From assembly GCA_947632565.1 (NCBI GenBank), contig CANRPT010000001.1, positions 19,585 through 83,584 of the forward strand: a stretch of DNA of 64,000 bases, read 5' to 3'. Both the position numbers and the translations under genes were made by a program. Positions 1-10,125 of the stretch are shown here, in pieces. The notes beneath the pieces are model-generated. The model made no database searches. It saw nothing but the letters and a program-made list of their open reading frames with translations, and was not told the origin of the DNA. Each line of letters starts with the position of its first letter. The first letter of the stretch is position 1. Origin of the DNA: an uncultured Bacilli bacterium. GTDB lineage: Bacteria > Bacillota_I > Bacilli_A > RF39 > UBA660.

Positions 1-1153
1 TAAGATAGATATTATCATTTTGTTCTAATTCATTCATATGAAATAATTCTATTATTTTTTCTTTTAAAGAATCGATTCCTTCCGATTCTAGTGTATTGGT
101 ATAGACAATATTTTGATAATTGATTTCTTCTATATTTATTTTTCTTTCTAAATCATTTTTATTTACCACAACAATTGTCTTTTTTTCTTGACAAGCATTT
201 AATATTTTTTTATCTTCTTCTGTCAATTCTTCATTATGATTCAAAACTAGAATAATTAAATCTGCTTCTTCGATTAATTTTAAACTTTTTTCTACTCCAA
301 TTTTTTCTACTACATCAGATGTTTCTCTAATTCCTGCTGTATCAATGATATTTAAGGCTACTCCTTGTATCGTAATACTTCCTTCTACCGTATCTCTGGT
401 TGTTCCTTCTACTTCTGTAACAATTGCTTTTTCCTCTTTTAATAAACGATTTAAAATACTACTTTTTCCGACATTTGGTTTTCCAATAATCACTGTTTTA
501 ATTCCATTAGTTAGAATTTTTCCATTTTCACTTTCCTCTATTATTTTTTGTAACTTCTCTTTGATTTTTTTGATTTCTGGTTTTACTTTTTCATTCGTCA
601 TTACAATTGCATCTTCATATTCTGGATAATCTATATTGACCTCAATAGAAGCTAAAAGTTCTAGTATTTCTTGTCTTAAAGTTTGAATCATATTTCTAAT
701 TTTTCCATTTAATCCTTGTATTGCGACTTTTCTTTTGGATTCATTTTTAGATTCAATTAAATCCATTACAGATTCGGCTTGTGTTAAATCAATTCTTCCA
801 TTTAGAAAAGCTCTTTTGGTAAATTCTCCTGGTTCTGCTAATCTGGCTCCATGATTTAATACTAATTCTAATACTTTATTGGTGGTAGAAATTCCACCAT
901 GACAATTAATTTCTACAATATCTTCTGTCGTAAATGTTTTAGGAGATTTCATTACAGTTACTAATACTTCATCGATGATTTCTTCTTTTTCTAGGATATG
1001 TCCATAATGAATCGTATGGGTTTCTACCTGTTCCAAGTCTTTTCCTTGAAAGATTTGATTTACGATAGAAATGGCATTTTTTCCACTTACTCTAATAATA
1101 GAAATTGCACCTACTCCAAGGGTGGTAGAAATCGCAGCAATTGTATCATTCAT
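1..1153 (-). CDS. mnmE: tRNA modification GTPase MnmE (TrmE), N-terminal ~384 codons; 3' end lies beyond the window edge
   Basis: Own minus-strand translation from the ATG at 1153-1151 gives MNDTIAAISTTLGVGAISIIRVSGKNA..., with P-loop GKPNVGKSS and DTAGIRET. AAAGGAGG RBS lies just upstream. Absent from the ORF track because it runs off the edge. Confidence 0.9.
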   Translation of the reverse strand, partial: MNDTIAAISTTLGVGAISIIRVSGKNAISIVNQIFQGKDLEQVETHTIHYGHILEKEEIIDEVLVTVMKSPKTFTTEDIVEINCHGGISTTNKVLELVLNHGARLAEPGEFTKRAFLNGRIDLTQAESVMDLIESKNESKRKVAIQGLNGKIRNMIQTLRQEILELLASIEVNIDYPEYEDAIVMTNEKVKPEIKKIKEKLQKIIEESENGKILTNGIKTVIIGKPNVGKSSILNRLLKEEKAIVTEVEGTTRDTVEGSITIQGVALNIIDTAGIRETSDVVEKIGVEKSLKLIEEADLIILVLNHNEELTEEDKKILNACQEKKTIVVVNKNDLERKINIEEINYQNIVYTNTLESEGIDSLKEKIIELFHMNELEQNDNIYL

Positions 1154-1212
1154 AGTAGAACCTCCTTTTGATAGCATTATATTATCACTTTTTTTCCAAA
1201 AAGAAAAGAAGA

Positions 1213-1827
1213 TTATTCCTCTTCCTTTGGTTTAATTACAACACAACGATTTGGTTCTTCTCCTTCACTTTCTGTCGTTACTTTTTTATTTTCAGAAAGT
1301 GCCGTATGAATAATTCTTCTTTCATAAGAATTCATTGGGTCTAATTTTGCAGCAATTTTAGTATAAGCTACTTCCCTTGCTACCTTTTTTGCTAATCTCT
1401 CTAATTTTTGCTCTTTTGCTAGTTTATATTCTCCAATATCGATTACGATAGGAAAATATTCTCCGATTTCATTTTGAATCATTTGTTTCACAAATAAAGT
1501 AATTGCTTCTAACGTTCTACCATTTTTTCCAATTAAGATAGAATTGTTATCAGATACAATCGTAAAGGTTACATTCTTCTCTCTTTTTTTTACTTCTAAG
1601 TTACCAGTTAGTCCCATGTTATGAATTAATTCTTTTAAAAATTCTTTTACGGATTCAATTACTTCATCACGAGTTACTACTTCTATTTCTACTTTCTTAT
1701 TAAATAAACCATTTTTTACTTCTGTTTCTTTAATATATAAGTTTTCTTCCATTTCTTGCAGTTCTATTTTTGCATTGTTGATTGCTTCTTCTTTGGTCTT
1801 TCCACTATATTTTCTTTTTTCTAACAT
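1213..1827 (-). CDS. jag: Jag/KhpB-type KH + R3H RNA-binding protein
   Basis: The ORF 1213..1899 has an internal ATG at 1827 preceded by AAGGAG, overlapping the yidC stop (gtATGTtag). It begins MLEKRKYSGKTKEEAI and has a C-terminal R3H-like motif MNSYERRIIH. Position after yidC is conserved. Confidence 0.85.
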   Translation of the reverse strand: MLEKRKYSGKTKEEAINNAKIELQEMEENLYIKETEVKNGLFNKKVEIEVVTRDEVIESVKEFLKELIHNMGLTGNLEVKKREKNVTFTIVSDNNSILIGKNGRTLEAITLFVKQMIQNEIGEYFPIVIDIGEYKLAKEQKLERLAKKVAREVAYTKIAAKLDPMNSYERRIIHTALSENKKVTTESEGEEPNRCVVIKPKEEE

Positions 1828-2750
1828 ACTTCTTTGCTCCTTTTTACAATTAGATTTTGAATTACTGTAAATAAATTCGTTGTAATCCAATAAATACATA
1901 AAGCGGTTGGCATAAAGAATCCCATTACAATAATCATAATTGTCATAATTGTTGTCATACTTTTCATTGGATCTTTTTCTGATTGAGCTGTCGTTTTGTT
2001 TAAACTAAATGAAAAGTATGTTGTTAATCCTACTAATAAAATTAAGATTACATAAAGAGCATTTCCTTGTTGTAATAGTCCTACTGATGGTGTGGTACCT
2101 AATTGTAGTCCCAGAAAATTTTCTTCAAATAAAGATGGTACACGATTAATTGCTTCTAAGAAAGCAATAAATAGTGGTAATTGAATAAAGGCATAGATAC
2201 ATCCTGAAATTGGATTAATATTATACTTTTTATAAATCATTGTCATTTCTTGACTTTTTCTCATAATCGATTCTTGATCTGTTTTATTCGCATACTTTTT
2301 TTCTAATCGATCCAAATCTGGTTGCGCTTTTTTCAATAATTCTGATTGTAGTGCTGTTTTTTTGGTAATTGGATAAGCAATTAATCGAATGATTAAACTT
2401 GTAATAATTAATGCTAAAGCGGCACTTTTTACATATTTACTAAACCATAAAATAATAAATGCTAATGGTTTTACAAAAATACCATTCCATAATCCTTCAT
2501 ATCCCCCACTTGTTATTTTAAAATCACTACATTTTGGATATTTGGATAAATCTACTCCATTCTCTTCATAAGCCTTTATCGTTTCTTTATTTTCTGGCTG
2601 ACATAAAATATTTTCTGTTAAACTTTGTCCTGTTTCTGGATTGGTTACAGCTTTATTATCTTTTCCTTTTAAAGTCTTTGTACAACCTGTTGTTAATAAT
2701 AGAATCAGGAAAAGAAGAATGAATAACTTTTTTGAATTATTTTCTTTCAT
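1821..2750 (-). CDS. yidC: Membrane protein insertase YidC/SpoIIIJ (lipoprotein type)
   Basis: Lipobox LLLTTGC and multiple TM segments. Conserved rnpA-yidC-jag order. GAAGGAGAG RBS. Confidence 0.9.
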   Translation of the reverse strand: MKENNSKKLFILLFLILLLTTGCTKTLKGKDNKAVTNPETGQSLTENILCQPENKETIKAYEENGVDLSKYPKCSDFKITSGGYEGLWNGIFVKPLAFIILWFSKYVKSAALALIITSLIIRLIAYPITKKTALQSELLKKAQPDLDRLEKKYANKTDQESIMRKSQEMTMIYKKYNINPISGCIYAFIQLPLFIAFLEAINRVPSLFEENFLGLQLGTTPSVGLLQQGNALYVILILLVGLTTYFSFSLNKTTAQSEKDPMKSMTTIMTIMIIVMGFFMPTALCIYWITTNLFTVIQNLIVKRSKEVC

Positions 2751-3093
2751 TGAACTCTCCTTCTTTATTTTCTTTTTTCATTATCTCTAAGAAGCTTGTT
2801 TCTAGTTCTTGATAACTTGCCTCTAAACAACTTCTTTTCATTATTATAATATAATCTTGGTTTTTTTGATAGAGTTTTTTATGATTATCAATAATACTTT
2901 TTAATCTTCTTTTTAATAAATTCCTAACTACCGCTTTATTCGAAATTTTTTTACCTACAGAAATTCCAAAACGATAATAACCGGTTTCTGTCGTTCGTTT
3001 ATATAATATATAATGTTTATTTTTTTGAAAAGACCCTTGTTGAATTGCTTTTTCAAAATCTTTGGTCTCTTTCACAATGTTGATTTTTTTCAC
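2737..3093 (-). CDS. rnpA: Ribonuclease P protein component
   Basis: 118-aa basic protein (GISVGKKISNKAVVRNLLKRRLK) immediately downstream of rpmH. Confidence 0.9.
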   Translation of the reverse strand: MKKINIVKETKDFEKAIQQGSFQKNKHYILYKRTTETGYYRFGISVGKKISNKAVVRNLLKRRLKSIIDNHKKLYQKNQDYIIIMKRSCLEASYQELETSFLEIMKKENKEGEFNERK

Positions 3094-3146
3094 TCTATCA
3101 CCTCAATCTTTTCCAAAAAAAGCAAAAAACCACTATAAAGTGGTAT

Positions 3147-3269
3147 TTATTTTGATAATCTTTTACGACCTTTTGCTCTTCTTTTGTTTAATACTTTACC
3201 TTTTACTCTTGAAAAAAATCCATGTGTTTTCTTCATTTTACGATTATTTGGTTGATAAGTTCTTTTCAT
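3147..3269 (-). CDS. rpmH: 50S ribosomal protein L34 (40 aa)
   Basis: Own translation: [40 protein letters not shown]. Below the ORF-track size cutoff. GGAGGTGGGACC RBS region upstream. Confidence 0.9.
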   Translation of the reverse strand: MKRTYQPNNRKMKKTHGFFSRVKGKVLNKRRAKGRKRLSK

Positions 3270-3402
3270 AGGTCCCACCTCCAGACATAAAATCTACATT
3301 ATTATAATAAGAATTTTGTAGTTTTGTCAATTAAAAGAAAGAATTTTTTTCAAATTTAAAAGAAAAATTTGTTTTCTAATTTGCTATCTTCTTTATTTCA
3401 CA

Positions 3403-3569
3403 GTTTCCACAACCCTGTTAAAAACTTTTTACACATTGTGGAATAACTTTTTTTTATTTTGTGGATAAATTATCAAAAGTCAATGATAACAAGCTAATTT
3501 CTTGTGGAAAAAAATGTGGAGAAGTTGTGGAAGAAAAAAAATTCATTTTTAACTATTTATTTTTCCACA
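3403..3569. promoter_or_regulatory. oriC DnaA-box cluster between rpmH and dnaA
   Basis: Perfect box TGTGGATAA at 3460-3468. 8/9 boxes at 3503-3511 (TGTGGAAAA) and 3561-3569 (TTTTCCACA). Weaker 7/9 boxes at 3403-3411, 3437-3445, 3515-3523 and 3526-3534. Confidence 0.85.
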
Positions 3570-3624
3570 GAATTAAGTTAGAATAATACTTGCAATTAGA
3601 AATTATCTTTAGTCAGGGGGGATA

Positions 3625-5019
3625 ATGGTGGATGTAAAAACAATCTGGACAAATTTTTTAAATAACATAAAAGCCGAAATGAACCCCTTATCTTTTCAGA
3701 CTTGGTTTGAAAATGCTAGTTTATATGAATATAAAGATGGAGTCTGTAAGATTATTGTTCCCATGGCAATGTATAAAAAACATTTAGCTACAAAATATTA
3801 TGATTTAATTGTTTCTAATTTAAGTGAAATCTTAGGAGATAATGTTGATATTGAGTTTTATACTCAAGAAGAAATTGAAGAAATGCAAGAAAAAAAAGTA
3901 GGGGAGAAAAATTTTCTTTTACAGGAAAATCAGGAAATTTCTTCTAATTCTTTTTCAAAATTCAATGATTTTGATTCTAATTTAGATAAAAAATATACTT
4001 TTGATAATTTTATTGTAGGAAATACCAATAAATTTGCACAAGCTGCTGCTTTAGAAGTTGCCGAAAGTCCAGGAGTTTTATATAATCCACTTTTTATATA
4101 TGGAAATAGTGGTTTAGGAAAAACCCATTTAATGCATGCCATTGGAAATTATATCCGGGAGCATTCCAATAAAAAAGTGTTATATGTATCTAGTGATCAA
4201 TTTATATCCGATTTTTTAGGAATTAATAAAAAAGATGAAAATGGAAAAAACATTGATTATATTACTTATTTTAAAAATAAATATCGAAATATTGATGTAC
4301 TCATTGTGGATGATATCCAATTTTTTCAAGGAGCACCACAAACACAAAATGAATTTTTTAATACCTTCACAAAACTTTATGATGAGAATAAACAAATTAT
4401 TATTTCTTCCGATCGCTCTCCAGATGATTTAAAACTATTAGAAGACCGTTTGCGTACTAGATTTTGTTGGGGATTAACCGCTGATATATTTCCACCAGAT
4501 TTTGAATTAAGAGTTGCTATTATAAAAAAGAAAATTATCGGAGAAGCCATTGATAAAAATATTCCAGATGATGTCATAGAATATATTGCTTCTAATATTG
4601 GAAGTGATGTAAGACATCTGGAAGGAGCAATTACTAGACTCCTAGCTTATTCCACAATGATGGGTGGTTTAAATATTACTTTAGATTTAGCAGTTGATGT
4701 TTTAAAAGATTTTGTCAACAAAGGATATAGTGAAAAAAATAGTGTGAATCGAATTCAAAGAATTGTAGCAGAGTATTTTCAAGTTGCTGTTGAGGATTTG
4801 AAATCAAAAAAAAGAAGTGCTAATTTAGCATTTCCAAGACAAATTGCCATGTATTTATGTAGAAAACTTACCAATGAATCTTTTCCTCGGATAGCAATTG
4901 AATTTGGAGGAAAAGATCATACTACCGTTATGTATTCAGTAGAAAAAATTGAAAAAGAAATATTGACTAATAAAGAACTTGCTAATATTATAGATAAATT
5001 AAAGAAAGAAATTGTATGA
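3625..5019 (+). CDS. dnaA: Chromosomal replication initiator protein DnaA
   Basis: Walker A GNSGLGKTHL, IVDDIQF, and C-terminal DnaA-box-binding region (RQIAMYLCR, HTTVMYS). AGGGGGG RBS. Confidence 0.98.
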   Translation: MVDVKTIWTNFLNNIKAEMNPLSFQTWFENASLYEYKDGVCKIIVPMAMYKKHLATKYYDLIVSNLSEILGDNVDIEFYTQEEIEEMQEKKVGEKNFLLQENQEISSNSFSKFNDFDSNLDKKYTFDNFIVGNTNKFAQAAALEVAESPGVLYNPLFIYGNSGLGKTHLMHAIGNYIREHSNKKVLYVSSDQFISDFLGINKKDENGKNIDYITYFKNKYRNIDVLIVDDIQFFQGAPQTQNEFFNTFTKLYDENKQIIISSDRSPDDLKLLEDRLRTRFCWGLTADIFPPDFELRVAIIKKKIIGEAIDKNIPDDVIEYIASNIGSDVRHLEGAITRLLAYSTMMGGLNITLDLAVDVLKDFVNKGYSEKNSVNRIQRIVAEYFQVAVEDLKSKKRSANLAFPRQIAMYLCRKLTNESFPRIAIEFGGKDHTTVMYSVEKIEKEILTNKELANIIDKLKKEIV

Positions 5020-5037
5020 TGTGAAAAAGAAAACAAC

Positions 5038-5140
5038 TTTTCCACAGGGAAAAAGAAAAGAAAAATGTGATAGAATAAAGGTAACAAGAGTTATTCACAG
5101 TTTCCACAGTAATAATAATAATAATAATATAAATAAAAAA
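5038..5140. promoter_or_regulatory. Second oriC segment: DnaA boxes plus an AT-only tract (candidate unwinding element)
   Basis: TTTTCCACA 5038-5046, TTATTCACA 5091-5099 and GTTTCCACA 5100-5108. These are followed immediately by (AAT)x6 at 5111-5128 and an A-rich run to 5140. Confidence 0.7.
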
Positions 5141-5156
5141 GAAAGAAGGAATATAT

Positions 5157-6278
5157 ATGAAATTAAAAATTAAAAAGGAAATTTTACTAGATGGATTAAA
5201 TAAAGTATCCAAAGCATTGTCTACGAAAAATTTAGTACCCGTTTTAGCAGGAATTAAATTTGATTTAACGGAGAAAGGTTTACTCTTAACAGCAAGTGAT
5301 AATGATATTACGATTCAAGTATTTCTAGATAAAACAGAAGAAATGGAAATTAAAACAGAAGGTAGTATTATTATTCAAGGAAAGTATATTTTAGATATTG
5401 TTCGTAAATTACCAGACGAATATATTAATATTGAAGTAGTAGATGAATTAAAAATCGTTATTTATACAGATAATAGTGAATTTAATTTAAATGGTATTAA
5501 TAAAAACGAATATCCTAATATTAATTTAGATTTAAGTAAAAATCCTTTATCTATTTCTTCTAAAGTATTTAGAAGTGTTATTTCTCAAACATCATTTGCA
5601 TCTTCTAATGATGAATCTAGACCAATTTTAACAGGAATTAATTTTAAAATTGTAGGAAATCAAATGGAATGTAATTCTACAGATTCTTATCGTTTAGCGC
5701 GAAGATTACTTGAGTTATCCACTCCAGTAGAGGAAAATTATAATATCGTGATTCCAAGTAAAAATTTATTAGAATTTATTAAAATTATGGATGATAGTGA
5801 GGAAGCATTATCTTTACATATCTTTAATAATAAAATACTAATTCAATATCAAAATATTTTATTTCAATCTAGGTTAATTAGTGGTACTTATCCGAATACT
5901 GCTAATTTATTACCAGATGAATTTATCTTAGATATCAAAGTAGATGTTAATGAGTTATATAATGTAATTGATAGAGCTAGTATTTTAACTAGTGATAAAG
6001 AAAAAAATATTGTTACTTTTGAAATTGATGGTAATAAATTATATGTACGTAGTAATTCTGCAGAAATTGGTAGAGTAGAAGAGAAAATGAATATTGAAAA
6101 AGAACAAAATGAAAATTTAAAAATATCTTTTGTTGCGAAATATATGATGGAAGCATTAAAATCTTTTGAAGATAGTCAAGTAGAAATATCTTTTGTAGGA
6201 GAAGTAAAACCTATCATTTTAAAATCAGAAAAAGATGAAGGATTAACACAATTAGTATTACCAATTCGAACTTATTAA
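5157..6278 (+). CDS. dnaN: DNA polymerase III beta sliding clamp
   Basis: 373 aa, typical DnaN layout (LLLTASDNDITI, PILTGINF, ending LVLPIRTY), directly after dnaA. Confidence 0.97.
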   Translation: MKLKIKKEILLDGLNKVSKALSTKNLVPVLAGIKFDLTEKGLLLTASDNDITIQVFLDKTEEMEIKTEGSIIIQGKYILDIVRKLPDEYINIEVVDELKIVIYTDNSEFNLNGINKNEYPNINLDLSKNPLSISSKVFRSVISQTSFASSNDESRPILTGINFKIVGNQMECNSTDSYRLARRLLELSTPVEENYNIVIPSKNLLEFIKIMDDSEEALSLHIFNNKILIQYQNILFQSRLISGTYPNTANLLPDEFILDIKVDVNELYNVIDRASILTSDKEKNIVTFEIDGNKLYVRSNSAEIGRVEEKMNIEKEQNENLKISFVAKYMMEALKSFEDSQVEISFVGEVKPIILKSEKDEGLTQLVLPIRTY

Positions 6279-6284
6279 CAGAAA

Positions 6285-6345
6285 TGTGGATAAAAGAAGA
6301 AATTAGCTCTAGTAGCTAATTTTTTTTCACATATTTTGTGGAAAA
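6285..6345. promoter_or_regulatory. Two DnaA boxes downstream of dnaN
   Basis: Perfect TGTGGATAA at 6285-6293 and TGTGGAAAA at 6337-6345, flanking the dnaN terminator hairpin. Confidence 0.6.
6300..6328 (+). terminator. Intrinsic terminator after dnaN
   Basis: AAATTAGCT (6300-6308), 5-nt loop, AGCTAATTT (6314-6322), then a T-run to 6328. Confidence 0.7.
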
Positions 6346-6477
6346 ATATTATTTTTCGGAGTTTTTTTAGCATAATATTTCTTTTTTCTATGATTTCCGA
6401 CAAAAAGAAACAAATTACGACATATTGTTCTGTTATAGTATCTGTTGCAATTTTAAATTGCATAGGGGGAAAAATAT

Positions 6478-6933
6478 ATGAAAACGTATGAGGTAAATGA
6501 AGAAACAATAGCTGTTATTGGAATTTCTGAAAAAGAAACAAAAGTAGTGGAAAAGAAAAGAGAATATTTAGTAGAAGATAGTGCTTATGAAGTAATGGAT
6601 TATTCTTGTCAATATTTTGGTAGTTCTTATTTAGGAAGAGTAAATGGAAGTAAAAAAATGCTTGGTTATACTTATAAATTACCAATTATTGTAGAAGAGA
6701 GTAAAGAAATGATATTCTTTCCTATTTCTTCTCCAGAAAGTTTACAATGTATTTGGGTTGCTTTAAAATGGTATTCTGATGTATTAGAACGAAAAAATAA
6801 GACTTATATTCTCTTAAAAAATGGGAAAAAAATAGAATGTACTGCTTCTAAAAATTCTATTCAAAATCAAGTCATGAGAGCTTCTCGATTAAATTTGATT
6901 TTAAATGAAAGAAAAACCGAAAAAAAAGGCTAA
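6478..6933 (+). CDS. comK: ComK-family competence transcription factor
   Basis: Matches B. subtilis ComK as I recall it: YEVN..TIAV, SCQYFGSSYLGR, KLPIIV, IFFPISSPESLQCIW, IQNQVMRA. Confidence 0.85.
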   Translation: MKTYEVNEETIAVIGISEKETKVVEKKREYLVEDSAYEVMDYSCQYFGSSYLGRVNGSKKMLGYTYKLPIIVEESKEMIFFPISSPESLQCIWVALKWYSDVLERKNKTYILLKNGKKIECTASKNSIQNQVMRASRLNLILNERKTEKKG

Positions 6934-6959
6934 AAAAGAAGAAAAAACTTCTTTTTTTT
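6934..6959 (+). terminator. Intrinsic terminator after comK (AT-rich stem)
   Basis: AAAAGAAG / CTTCTTTT stem with an A6 loop, then a T-run to 6959. Confidence 0.5.
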
Positions 6960-6980
6960 ATGCTTTTTAAGCTCTTCTTG

Positions 6981-6989
6981 TGGTATAAT
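6981..6989 (+). promoter_or_regulatory. Extended -10 promoter element upstream of recF
   Basis: TGGTATAAT (TGn + TATAAT) about 55-70 nt upstream of the recF start. Confidence 0.5.
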
Positions 6990-7044
6990 GTAGTTGTAGG
7001 TATAGGAGTACTAAATGGTATAAAAGGTGATTATATGAGTTTTT

Positions 7045-8172
7045 TTGAGTTTTATTATGTATTTATCCAAAATAGAAGTTCATCATTATCGTAATTATTC
7101 CAAAGAAAAAGTAACATTGTGTGATAAAGTTAATATTTTTATAGGAGATAATGCTCAAGGAAAAACAAATATATTAGAAAGTATTTATATACTTGCACTT
7201 ACTAAATCACATCGTGTTGGGTTTGAAAATAACTTTTTACAACATGGTTATCCATCTTGTAGAATTTATGGATTATTAAGAGATCATCAATCTTTAAAAG
7301 AATTAGAGATTCAAATTTCTGAGGAGAAGAAGAAAGTTTTTCTTAATCAAAAAGAAATAAGAAAAATTGCTTCTTATATTTCTCAGATGAATGTGATTAT
7401 GTTTAGTCCTACTGATTTAGATATTATTAAAGGTTCTCCACAAATTCGAAGAAATTTATTAAATATTGAAATTAGCCAATTATATCCCTTGTATGTCAAT
7501 TATTTGAATGAATATAACAAAATTTTAAAGACCAGAAATGAATATTTAAGACAAATGAGTATAAATGGGAATACGGATAGTAGATATTTAGAAATTATGA
7601 ATGAAAAATTAGTGGATCGTGGGGTACAAATTTTTTTATATCGAAAAAAGTATTTAGATATGATTAATGATCAAATTTCTAATATTTATGAAAAAATTAT
7701 GAATAAAAAAGGACTTCGGGTAGTTTATCAAAATAGTTTAGATTTTGAAAATGATGAAATAGAGCAGATGAAAGCAGTTTTTCTTCATAAATTAGCTAGT
7801 AATTTAAAAAGAGAAATTTCACAAGGTATGACCTTGTATGGTCCTCATCGAGATGATTTTTTCTTTGCCATTGGTGAAGAAAATATGAAATATTATGCTT
7901 CCCAGGGACAGCAAAGATTAGCTATTATTTCTTTTAAATTATCAGAAGTAAGCATTTTTCAAAAAGAAAAGGGAAGTAGTCCAATTCTTTTATTAGATGA
8001 TATTTTTAGTGAATTGGATATTTCGAAAAGAAATCAATTAATTCATTATATTCCAGAAGATGTACAAACCATTATTACAACAACTGATCTAAAGAATATT
8101 CAGAAAAAAATATTAAATCGTGCTAAAGTTTTTTTAGTGAAAGATGGAACAATTCAAGAAAAGGTGGAATGA
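7045..8172 (+). CDS. recF: DNA replication/repair protein RecF
   Basis: Walker [13 protein letters not shown], signature ASQGQQR, Walker [12 protein letters not shown]. The start is ambiguous: TTG at 7045 or ATG at 7057. Confidence 0.95.
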   Translation: MSFIMYLSKIEVHHYRNYSKEKVTLCDKVNIFIGDNAQGKTNILESIYILALTKSHRVGFENNFLQHGYPSCRIYGLLRDHQSLKELEIQISEEKKKVFLNQKEIRKIASYISQMNVIMFSPTDLDIIKGSPQIRRNLLNIEISQLYPLYVNYLNEYNKILKTRNEYLRQMSINGNTDSRYLEIMNEKLVDRGVQIFLYRKKYLDMINDQISNIYEKIMNKKGLRVVYQNSLDFENDEIEQMKAVFLHKLASNLKREISQGMTLYGPHRDDFFFAIGEENMKYYASQGQQRLAIISFKLSEVSIFQKEKGSSPILLLDDIFSELDISKRNQLIHYIPEDVQTIITTTDLKNIQKKILNRAKVFLVKDGTIQEKVE

Positions 8173-8176
8173 AATT

Positions 8177-10114
8177 ATGAATATAGAAGAAAAAGTTACA
8201 GAACATTATGATGCCTCAGATATTCAAGTATTAGAGGGATTAGAAGCCGTTCGAAAAAGACCAGGTATGTATATTGGTACCACTGATGTAAAAGGATTAC
8301 ATCATTTGGTATGGGAAATTGTGGATAATGCAATCGATGAAGCTTTAGCTGGATATTGCCATAATATTGAAGTTGTTATTAACCAAGATAATTCTATTAC
8401 AGTAAAAGATGATGGTAGAGGAATTCCTGTGGATATCCATCCTAAAACAGGTATTTCCACAGTAGAAACGGTTTATACCGTACTTCATGCCGGTGGTAAA
8501 TTCGGTGGAGGAGGATATAAAGTATCTGGAGGACTTCATGGAGTTGGAGCTAGTGTTGTAAATGCCTTATCAAAATGGGTAGAAGTAACTGTTTATAAAA
8601 ATGGAAAAATCTATCAAATTCGTTTTGAAGATGGAGGACATACCAAAGAGCCATTGCATGTAATTGGAGATTGTAGTGAAGATAGGACTGGAACTACAGT
8701 AACCTTTAAACCAGATCCTGAAATTTTTGATACTGATATTTATGATTACGAAACATTAAAAACAAGAATTCGTGAATTAGCTTTTTTAAATCGTGGTTTA
8801 TCTATTAATATTCGTGATGATCGTGATTTAGAAGATACTACTGGTGAAACATTTCTTTATGAAGGTGGAATTAGTGAATATGTTAAATTTATTAATCAAG
8901 AAAAAACCCCTCTTCACGAAGATATTATTCATTTAAGTGGGGAAAAAGATGGAGTATTTTTTGAAGTAGCGATGCAATATAATACTTCCTATAATCCCAA
9001 CATTTATTCTTTTGTAAATAACATTAATACCCATGATGGTGGAACTCATGAAGAAGGAGTTAAAAGAGCTTTAACTAGAGTCATTAATAATTATACTAGA
9101 AAAGCTAATATTTTAAAGGAAAAAGATGAAAATTTAAAAGACGATGATGTAAAAGAAGGACTTACAATGATTATTTCTTGTAAGCATCCAAATCCTCAAT
9201 TTGAAGGACAAACCAAAGGAAGACTGGGAAATTCTGAAGTTAAAAATTTAGCGGATAGTGTTTTTGCAGAAGGATTTGAAAGATTTTTATTAGAAAATCC
9301 AGAAGAGGCTAGAACTATTATTAATAAAGCTATTTTGGCTAGAAATGCTAGAATGGCAGCTAAAAAGGCTAGGGAAGCTACTCGTAAAAGTGATTTAGCT
9401 ACTACTAATTTCTTTGGTAAATTATCTGATTGTAAGAGTAAAGATCCTACTATTTCAGAAATTTTTATTGTCGAAGGGGATAGTGCAGGGGGATCTGCAA
9501 AAAAAGGTAGAGATTCTATGACTCAAGCTATTTTACCTTTAAGAGGAAAGATTTTGAATGTGGAAAAAGCAAGATTGGATAGGGCACTTGGAAATGAGGA
9601 AATCAAAACCATTATTACTGCCTTTGGTACAGGAATTGGGGAGTATTTTGATTTATCGAAATTACGATATGATAAAATCATCATTATGACCGATGCTGAT
9701 GTAGATGGTTCTCATATTCGTGTATTATTATTGACCTTATTTTATCGCTTTTTTAGGCCTATTGTGGAAGCAGGTCATGTTTATGCAGCACAACCTCCAC
9801 TTTTTAGAATTATGCATGGAAAAACTAGAAAGTATGTATTAAATGAAGAAGAATTAAACAGCTATTTGAATTCTCTTCCAGAAAATATTCGTTCTAAAGC
9901 AGAAATTGCTCGTATGAAAGGATTAGGGGAGATGGATGCTGATGAATTGAATGAAACAACAATGGATATTGAAAAGAGAGTTTTAAGAAAAATAACGATT
10001 GATGATTGTGTAGCTGCTGATTCCGTATTTGAAAGATTAATGGGAGATGAAGTTGATCCTAGAAGAAAATTCATTGAAGAAAATGCCAGAAAAGTAGCAA
10101 ATCTTGATATTTAG
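8177..10114 (+). CDS. gyrB: DNA gyrase subunit B
   Basis: ATG at 8177 follows an AAGGTGG RBS and the recF stop. The track ORF from 8144 overlaps recF. Motifs: [38 protein letters not shown]. Confidence 0.97.
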   Translation: MNIEEKVTEHYDASDIQVLEGLEAVRKRPGMYIGTTDVKGLHHLVWEIVDNAIDEALAGYCHNIEVVINQDNSITVKDDGRGIPVDIHPKTGISTVETVYTVLHAGGKFGGGGYKVSGGLHGVGASVVNALSKWVEVTVYKNGKIYQIRFEDGGHTKEPLHVIGDCSEDRTGTTVTFKPDPEIFDTDIYDYETLKTRIRELAFLNRGLSINIRDDRDLEDTTGETFLYEGGISEYVKFINQEKTPLHEDIIHLSGEKDGVFFEVAMQYNTSYNPNIYSFVNNINTHDGGTHEEGVKRALTRVINNYTRKANILKEKDENLKDDDVKEGLTMIISCKHPNPQFEGQTKGRLGNSEVKNLADSVFAEGFERFLLENPEEARTIINKAILARNARMAAKKAREATRKSDLATTNFFGKLSDCKSKDPTISEIFIVEGDSAGGSAKKGRDSMTQAILPLRGKILNVEKARLDRALGNEEIKTIITAFGTGIGEYFDLSKLRYDKIIIMTDADVDGSHIRVLLLTLFYRFFRPIVEAGHVYAAQPPLFRIMHGKTRKYVLNEEELNSYLNSLPENIRSKAEIARMKGLGEMDADELNETTMDIEKRVLRKITIDDCVAADSVFERLMGDEVDPRRKFIEENARKVANLDI

Positions 10115-10125
10115 GTGGTGAAGTT

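Noticed and set aside
345-629. 94-aa plus-strand ORF at the window start
   Set aside because: It is antisense to the clearly coding mnmE (P-loop region) and gives a low-complexity translation.
3062-3271. 69-aa plus-strand ORF across the rnpA-rpmH junction
   Set aside because: It is antisense to rpmH and the 5' end of rnpA. rpmH translates to a canonical L34.
6275-6508. 77-aa minus-strand ORF in the dnaN-comK spacer
   Set aside because: It covers the dnaN terminator and the DnaA boxes, has no RBS, and overlaps the comK start.
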